Part shown: piece after piece, positions 58,528-64,000 of the stretch
Layout of the letters: each line of letters begins with the position of its first letter
How positions within the stretch are numbered: position 1 is the first letter of the stretch
Assembly: GCA_043814605.1 (NCBI GenBank)
Contig: JBDRJV010000035.1
Location: 10,275 to 74,274 of the forward strand
Length of the DNA: 64,000 nt
Origin: Candidatus Omnitrophota bacterium
GTDB lineage: Bacteria > Omnitrophota > Gorgyraeia > B26-G9
Reading direction: 5' to 3'
Position numbers and translations under genes: made by a program
Notes under the pieces: generated by a model
Databases searched by the model: none
Told to the model about the DNA's origin: nothing
What the model saw: only the letters and a program-made list of their open reading frames with translations

Positions 58528-59556
58528 TTATTTTAACGTACGAAAATTTTTTTTGATCATTTGCATATTATCCTGGCCAAATCTTTCCATAAAACAATCC
58601 GCCAGAACAATCGCCGCCATTGCTTCTGCGATAACTCCGGCTGCCTCAACTGCGGAAATATCCGAACGCTGAATTGATGCCTTTACTGTTTTTTTTGTTT
58701 TAAGATCTATTGTGGACAAAGGATTACCTAAAGTGGCAATCGGCTTCATCGCACAGCGGGCAATAATCGCTTCGGAATTACTCATGCCGCCTTCAATGCC
58801 GCCGGCATTATTTGTTTTCCGGTAGAACCCTTTTGTTTTTGAATATAAAATTTCATCATGTACTTGTGAGCCGAATTTATCCGCAACTTTAAATCCCAGC
58901 CCGAATTCAACCCCTTTTATTGCCGGAATAGACATTAACACTGCGGCAAGACGGGCATCCAAGCGCCGGTCATAATGCACATAAGAACCCAATCCCACTG
59001 GTACATTTTCCGCTTTTACTTCAAACACACCGCCTAAACTATCTTTACGTGATCTGGCTAAATCAATTTTTTGCTTTATTTTTTTTGTGTTTTTTTCCGC
59101 GCCCACACTAATAACTCTGCTGGATAAGCTAATTCCAAATTCTCTTAAAAACAATTTGCACAAAGCTCCGGCCGCGACGCGGACAACTGTTTCCCGCGCG
59201 GATGCGCGTTCTAAAACACAGCGCATATCCGAAAATCCATATTTTATCGCCCCGCTTAAATCCGCATGCCCCGGACGCGGTTGGCTGATAGGATCCAGCT
59301 GATTGATTTTAAAATCTTTGTTTTTAATTAGTAACGCCACGGGAGAACCAATTGTTTGAGCCCCTTTTATCCCGGATAAAATTTTTACTTTATCTTTTTC
59401 AATCTGCATTCTCACGCCGCGGCCATAACCCTGCTGGCGGCGGGCCAGCTCACAATTTATAAAATCAATATCTAAACCTAATCCTGCGGGAAGTCCTTCA
59501 ATAATCGCAACCATACATTCCCCGTGTGATTCTCCTGCACTCATAAATTTTAGCAT
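58528..59556 (-). CDS. aroC: Chorismate synthase
   Basis: AGESHG, RRQQGYGRG, PRPGHAD, ERASARET, GGIEGGMSN, MKPI. Confidence 0.96.
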   Translation of the reverse strand: MLKFMSAGESHGECMVAIIEGLPAGLGLDIDFINCELARRQQGYGRGVRMQIEKDKVKILSGIKGAQTIGSPVALLIKNKDFKINQLDPISQPRPGHADLSGAIKYGFSDMRCVLERASARETVVRVAAGALCKLFLREFGISLSSRVISVGAEKNTKKIKQKIDLARSRKDSLGGVFEVKAENVPVGLGSYVHYDRRLDARLAAVLMSIPAIKGVEFGLGFKVADKFGSQVHDEILYSKTKGFYRKTNNAGGIEGGMSNSEAIIARCAMKPIATLGNPLSTIDLKTKKTVKASIQRSDISAVEAAGVIAEAMAAIVLADCFMERFGQDNMQMIKKNFRTLK

Positions 59557-59606
59557 GCTTAACCTCTCTTATTTTTATTATAATTTTTAAAAATTTTTAG
59601 TTTCTT

Positions 59607-60608
59607 TCAGAAGCAGAAAAAATAATTTAAAATATTTTTACCCCAAATAATCGCAATAAATGTTGCAATTGATAAATACGGCCCGTAAGGGATGACTTCT
59701 GCCCCGCGGGTAAGTTTTGCCGTAATTCCCACAATCGCACCAAAAAAAGGCGCGAGAAAAAATATCAATATGGCCATTTCCCAGCCTAAAATCGAACCGA
59801 TCATTGCCAGAAATTTTACATCTCCGCCGCCCATGCTTTCTTTCTTAAAAACAATCTGCCCGAACTTACCAATTAAATAAATACTTCCACCCCCAACTAA
59901 AATTCCCAGTATTGACTGGATCAAAGAATTTATGCTGGAAGAGGCGTTATGCAGCTGCGGAAAAATTATACTGAATAATATCCCTAATACTAACCCGCCC
60001 AAAGTGATTTCATCCGGGATAATCTGAAAATCAAAATCAATAAATGTTGCAGCGATTAAAGCGCAAGTAAGCGCTCCGTAAATAAAAAAATGACTGGTTA
60101 AACCAAAAAAATTATAAAGGATAACCAGAAGTACAGCTGTAATGAATTCTACTAAAAAATAACGGAAAGGAATTGTCTTTTTGCAAAAGCGGCATTTACC
60201 GCCTAAAAAAATATAGCTTACAAAAGGAATATTATCATACCAAAGTATGGGCTTTTGACAATAAGGACAAAAAGACCGCGGGGGATCATTAACAGATATT
60301 TTACAGCTTGCTTTCATTATTTTATAAATTTGTTCTTTTTTATCCTGAGGGCAACCTTCAATTTTAAATTTATCTGATTCTTTAAAATCAGTAAAAATTT
60401 TTCCGATATTCCCGTCTTCATCAATATATTTGTTATCCATTAAGTTTTTCCAAACTTTATTTACTGCCAAATCATCTTTTAAAATCAGTTTTAATTCATC
60501 CGGTATAATTCTTTTCATTTTCGGCATGCGGTAAATACAAACATTTAAAAAACTGCCGATTAATGACCCAAATAAAAATATGATTATTTTAATTAAGCTT
60601 TGCGGCAT
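59607..60608 (-). CDS. pilD: Prepilin peptidase/N-methyltransferase with N-terminal insertion
   Basis: GSFLNVCIYRMP, SFCPYC, WYDNIP..S...L.GKCRFC, MGGGD.K, PYGPYL. Confidence 0.92.
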   Translation of the reverse strand: MPQSLIKIIIFLFGSLIGSFLNVCIYRMPKMKRIIPDELKLILKDDLAVNKVWKNLMDNKYIDEDGNIGKIFTDFKESDKFKIEGCPQDKKEQIYKIMKASCKISVNDPPRSFCPYCQKPILWYDNIPFVSYIFLGGKCRFCKKTIPFRYFLVEFITAVLLVILYNFFGLTSHFFIYGALTCALIAATFIDFDFQIIPDEITLGGLVLGILFSIIFPQLHNASSSINSLIQSILGILVGGGSIYLIGKFGQIVFKKESMGGGDVKFLAMIGSILGWEMAILIFFLAPFFGAIVGITAKLTRGAEVIPYGPYLSIATFIAIIWGKNILNYFFCF

Positions 60609-61537
60609 TTGGCAAGTTCCTTTTCTAACGCCTTTCTCATAATATCTATTGGCGCTTCCTTTTCTATCCAGATTTCAAAAGCAATAACTCCTTGATATAA
60701 AAGCATGCCTAAGCCACCGGTTGCTTTGAGCCCTTTTTGCTTAGCATCTTTTACAAGTTGAGTTTCGCGGTTATACACAACATCATAAACTGACAAATTT
60801 TTATGCAACAAATTCTTATCAATTAAAAAATCATTTTCTTCTTTCATTCCGACGGGTGAGGCATTGACTAATAGTTGTACTTCTTTAATTTTTTCTGCAA
60901 TCTCTTTTTCTACAATAAACTCAATCTTTTCCTGCATTATTTTTGGCCAGATTCCCGGTAAATTCTTAAAATGATTTTTTGTTTCGGCTAGTTGTTTTTC
61001 ACTTTTATCAAAAACAAAAATCTTATGCACATTATGTTGTTTCCAACTTAACCCGGCAATAACAGCACGACCCGCTCCGCCGCAACCGAACAAAAGAACA
61101 TTTTTGTGTCCAGATCCTAATTTGAACTGTAAATCATTTTCTAATGACTGAATAAATCCTCCCGCGTCAGTATTATAATAATCTAATTTATCCTCTGCTT
61201 TTTTGACTGTATTGACAGCACCCGTTAAAATAGCATCCTGCAAATTTGTTTGAACATTATCATTAATTTCAATCGGATTAATTTTTGTTAAAATTTCTTT
61301 AGTTTTTATTTTATGCGGAATCGTAATATTAAATCCTTCTAAATCTTTTCTGTTTAACAAAAAATCTTCCAGTTTCTCTGGCTTGACTTCAAAAAGCTTG
61401 TATTCTGCATTGATCCCTAAATGAGAAAAAGCGGCATTGTGCATTGCCGCTGAAAAACTGTGCTTGACCGGATAGCCGATTAAGCCGTATAGTTTTTTAT
61501 TTCTCTCTGCCATAATCTTGTATTTCCAATTGATCAA
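60593..61537 (-). CDS. aroE: Shikimate dehydrogenase (start may be ATG 61513)
   Basis: G.PV.HS.S..MHN, NITIPHK, GAVNT, NTD, G.GGAGRA, GLGMLLYQG. Confidence 0.95.
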   Translation of the reverse strand: MINWKYKIMAERNKKLYGLIGYPVKHSFSAAMHNAAFSHLGINAEYKLFEVKPEKLEDFLLNRKDLEGFNITIPHKIKTKEILTKINPIEINDNVQTNLQDAILTGAVNTVKKAEDKLDYYNTDAGGFIQSLENDLQFKLGSGHKNVLLFGCGGAGRAVIAGLSWKQHNVHKIFVFDKSEKQLAETKNHFKNLPGIWPKIMQEKIEFIVEKEIAEKIKEVQLLVNASPVGMKEENDFLIDKNLLHKNLSVYDVVYNRETQLVKDAKQKGLKATGGLGMLLYQGVIAFEIWIEKEAPIDIMRKALEKELAKCRKA

Positions 61538-63069
61538 AGACGGATGTTTTGAGATTTCTTATTCTTGAATAAAATCCGGTTCACCGCATTTAAATATGCC
61601 TTAGCTGAGGCCTCGATAATATCCGTACTCGCCCCGCGTCCGCTGATTTCTTCTTTTTTTATTCCCAGCTTTACATTAACCTCACCCAAAGCATCTTTAC
61701 CACGAGTTACCGCCTGGATCGAATAATCAAGTAAACGCGCTTTAATTCTTGTGATTTTTTCAATTGCTTTATAACACGCATCGACCGGCCCGTCTCCGTA
61801 GGAAGTGGCGGAAAAGTTTTTTTTCTGCTTTTTCAGTTTTACAGTTGCTTGCGGATTAATCGTATTCCCGCCATGAAATTCCAGCCCTTCTAATGCCCAA
61901 ACCTCTGGCAATCCCTGTATTTGTTCCTCAACAATAGAAATTAAATCTTCCTCAAAAACTTCTTTTTTCTTATCTGCTAATTCTTTAAACCGGGTAAATG
62001 CATCTTGTAATTGCTGTTTATTAAGTTTAAACCCAATCTGCCCCAATCTTTGAAAAAGCGCATGCCGGCCGGAATGTTTGCCTAAAACTAAACCTTCGCC
62101 GTAAAATCCCACATCCTCCGGTTTGATAATTTCATAAGTCTGGCGTTTCTTTAAAACCCCATCCTGATGAATGCCTGATTCATGGCGAAAAGCATTACCG
62201 CCAACAATCGCTTTATTCGGCGCAACCACAAATCCGGTCAGCTTACTCACCAGGCGGCTGGTTTTATAAATTTCTTTTGTTTTAATCGAAGTAATTATAC
62301 CTTTAAACTGCTGCGGCCTTGTCCTGAGGCTTAAAACAATTTCCTCAAGTGCGGCATTTCCGGCCCGCTCTCCAATACCATTAATTGTACACTCAACCTG
62401 TCCGGCGCCATTCTTAATTGCAGATAATGAATTCGCCACAGCTAATCCCAGATCATTATGACAATGCACTGCAATGATGGCTTTATTGATATTCGGCACA
62501 TTATTGCAAATAGCTTTGATCAGTGCGCCAAATTCATCCGGCTGCGCAAATCCGACCGTATCCGGGATATTTACCGTTGTTGCGCCAGCTTTAATTACTG
62601 TTTCCACAACTTTAAACAGAAATTCCGGTTCAGTACGCGAAGCATCCTCCGGTGAGAATTGAACATCATTTGTAAATTTACGCGCCTGTTTAACCGCATT
62701 TATGGCAATTTTTAGAATTTCGCTTTCCGCTTTTTTTAATTTATATTTCATGTGAATTTTGGAAGTTGCTAAGAAAACATGTATCCTTTTTCTTCTGGCT
62801 GGTTTTAACGCAGCTGCAGCTGCTTCAATATCTTTATTCAGAGAACGCGCTAAGCCGCAGATTGTTGCTCCTTTTATAATTTTTGCGATATTTTTCACGG
62901 AATTAAAATCTCCGGGTGAAGATATCGGAAATCCAGCTTCAATCACATCTACGCCTAAGCGCACCAGCTGATGTGCAACCTCTAACTTTTCCTGATCCGA
63001 CAAACTTGCCCCGGGAGCTTGTTCTCCGTCTCTTAATGTTGTATCAAAAATTATTATTTTCTTCGCCAT
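61534..63069 (-). CDS. leuA: 2-isopropylmalate synthase
   Basis: [36 protein letters not shown], regulatory domain. Confidence 0.95.
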   Translation of the reverse strand: MAKKIIIFDTTLRDGEQAPGASLSDQEKLEVAHQLVRLGVDVIEAGFPISSPGDFNSVKNIAKIIKGATICGLARSLNKDIEAAAAALKPARRKRIHVFLATSKIHMKYKLKKAESEILKIAINAVKQARKFTNDVQFSPEDASRTEPEFLFKVVETVIKAGATTVNIPDTVGFAQPDEFGALIKAICNNVPNINKAIIAVHCHNDLGLAVANSLSAIKNGAGQVECTINGIGERAGNAALEEIVLSLRTRPQQFKGIITSIKTKEIYKTSRLVSKLTGFVVAPNKAIVGGNAFRHESGIHQDGVLKKRQTYEIIKPEDVGFYGEGLVLGKHSGRHALFQRLGQIGFKLNKQQLQDAFTRFKELADKKKEVFEEDLISIVEEQIQGLPEVWALEGLEFHGGNTINPQATVKLKKQKKNFSATSYGDGPVDACYKAIEKITRIKARLLDYSIQAVTRGKDALGEVNVKLGIKKEEISGRGASTDIIEASAKAYLNAVNRILFKNKKSQNIRL

Positions 63070-63166
63070 GTTTTCACCATACCTTTTTAAAAACTCTAAA
63101 CATCAAATTCTAAACCCTAAATAAACTACAGAATTTTCTTTAAGAAAATTTTTGGCCTTTGGTCTG

Positions 63167-64000
63167 TTAAACTTCTTTTGAATCTATCCACTTCATCATT
63201 TTTCTTAACTTTCTTCCCACAACCTCTAGGGGATGATTTCGATCGGCTGCTTCCAGAGCTTGAAAGTTTTTCTTGCCCTGTGCGCATTCTTTAATCCATT
63301 CCCGGGCAAAACTGCCATTCTTTACTTCTGCAAGAATTTTCTTCATTTCTAGTTTTGTTTTATCCGTAATAATTCTCTTGCCCCGAGTTAAGTCACCGTA
63401 TTCGGCAGTGTTCGAAACAGAATACCGCATATAACTTAACCCGCCTTGATAAAACAAATCTACAATTAATTTTAATTCGTGTAAACATTCAAAATAAGCA
63501 ATTTCCGGCTGATAGCCAGCTTCAATTAAAGTTTCAAAAGCTTTCTTAACTAACTCAGATACACCGCCGCATAAAACAACCTGTTCGCCAAAAAGGTCTG
63601 TTTCTGTTTCTTCCTGGAAAGTTGTTTCAATAATCCCGGCGCGTGCCCCGCCAATACCTTTGCCATAAGCCAAAGCAATATCCCGGGCCCGGCCGGATGC
63701 ATCCTGAAAAATAGCGATTAAACACGGGACTCCGCCGCCTTTTTCAAATTCGCTGCGGACTAAATGTCCCGGCCCTTTCGGAGCAATCATAAATACATCA
63801 ATATCCGGCTTGGGCACAATCTGTTTAAAGTTAATGTTAAACCCGTGCGAAAACATAATTGCTTTCCCTGCGGTTAAATTCGGCTTAATATCCTTTTCAT
63901 ATAACTTTGCCTGAAATTCATCCGGCACAAGAATCTGAATAATATCTGCTTCTTTTGTTAGTTCCGAAGCCAAAACAGGTTTAAAGCCGTGTGATTTTGC
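63167..64000 (-). CDS. ilvC: Ketol-acid reductoisomerase, 3' part (5' end outside window)
   Basis: [44 protein letters not shown]. Confidence 0.96.
   Translation of the reverse strand, partial: AKSHGFKPVLASELTKEADIIQILVPDEFQAKLYEKDIKPNLTAGKAIMFSHGFNINFKQIVPKPDIDVFMIAPKGPGHLVRSEFEKGGGVPCLIAIFQDASGRARDIALAYGKGIGGARAGIIETTFQEETETDLFGEQVVLCGGVSELVKKAFETLIEAGYQPEIAYFECLHELKLIVDLFYQGGLSYMRYSVSNTAEYGDLTRGKRIITDKTKLEMKKILAEVKNGSFAREWIKECAQGKKNFQALEAADRNHPLEVVGRKLRKMMKWIDSKEV

Noticed and set aside
1760-63113. Numerous short plus-strand ORFs (60-204 aa) and short overlapping minus-strand ORFs in the track
   Set aside because: They overlap well-supported minus-strand genes or repeats and show no recognisable motifs; treated as shadow ORFs.

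Overview
AT-rich chromosomal segment from an anaerobic diderm bacterium. The porin type and the signal-peptide-bearing enzyme-like giant proteins suggest Ca. Omnitrophota; this is an inference, not a database result. Essentially every gene is on the minus strand. In transcription order (right to left): ilvC (partial)-leuA-aroE-pilD-aroC; DUF4416, a degenerate M48 peptidase, DUF523, a CDF transporter and era; a Tat-exported Hys/group-1a-like [NiFe] hydrogenase with its protease; a major porin; a chemosensory operon (heme-c MCP, cheW, Y, C, D, B, A, C) ending in an FtsA-like ATPase with beta-grasp repeats; topA-xerC-waaA-TonB receptor; yraN-rlmN-NYN; an ArnT-like glycosyltransferase, an HI0933 flavoprotein, cstA, an outer-membrane barrel, an ICMT-like methyltransferase and recJ; a desaturase-like oxidoreductase plus three B12-radical SAM genes; three exported proteins; yggT-trkH; and the alternative heme cluster (hemB, ahbD, ahbA, ahbB, hemL partial). 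The best candidate for an undescribed system is the trio at 6556-14676. Three unrelated, normally cytoplasmic enzyme folds (PTS enzyme I-like, SAM methyltransferase, phosphoglucose isomerase-like) each carry a Sec signal, a shared L[AS]P motif and a shared (I/L)E(Q/R)(A/S)I-COOH tail. The intergenic DNA is dense with small structured elements: a duplicated ~230 bp covarying hairpin element, IS200/605-type palindromic miniatures (one in frame within a signal peptide), GTAG-REPs, period-7 arrays and an attC-like site. I found no tRNA, rRNA or CRISPR array.
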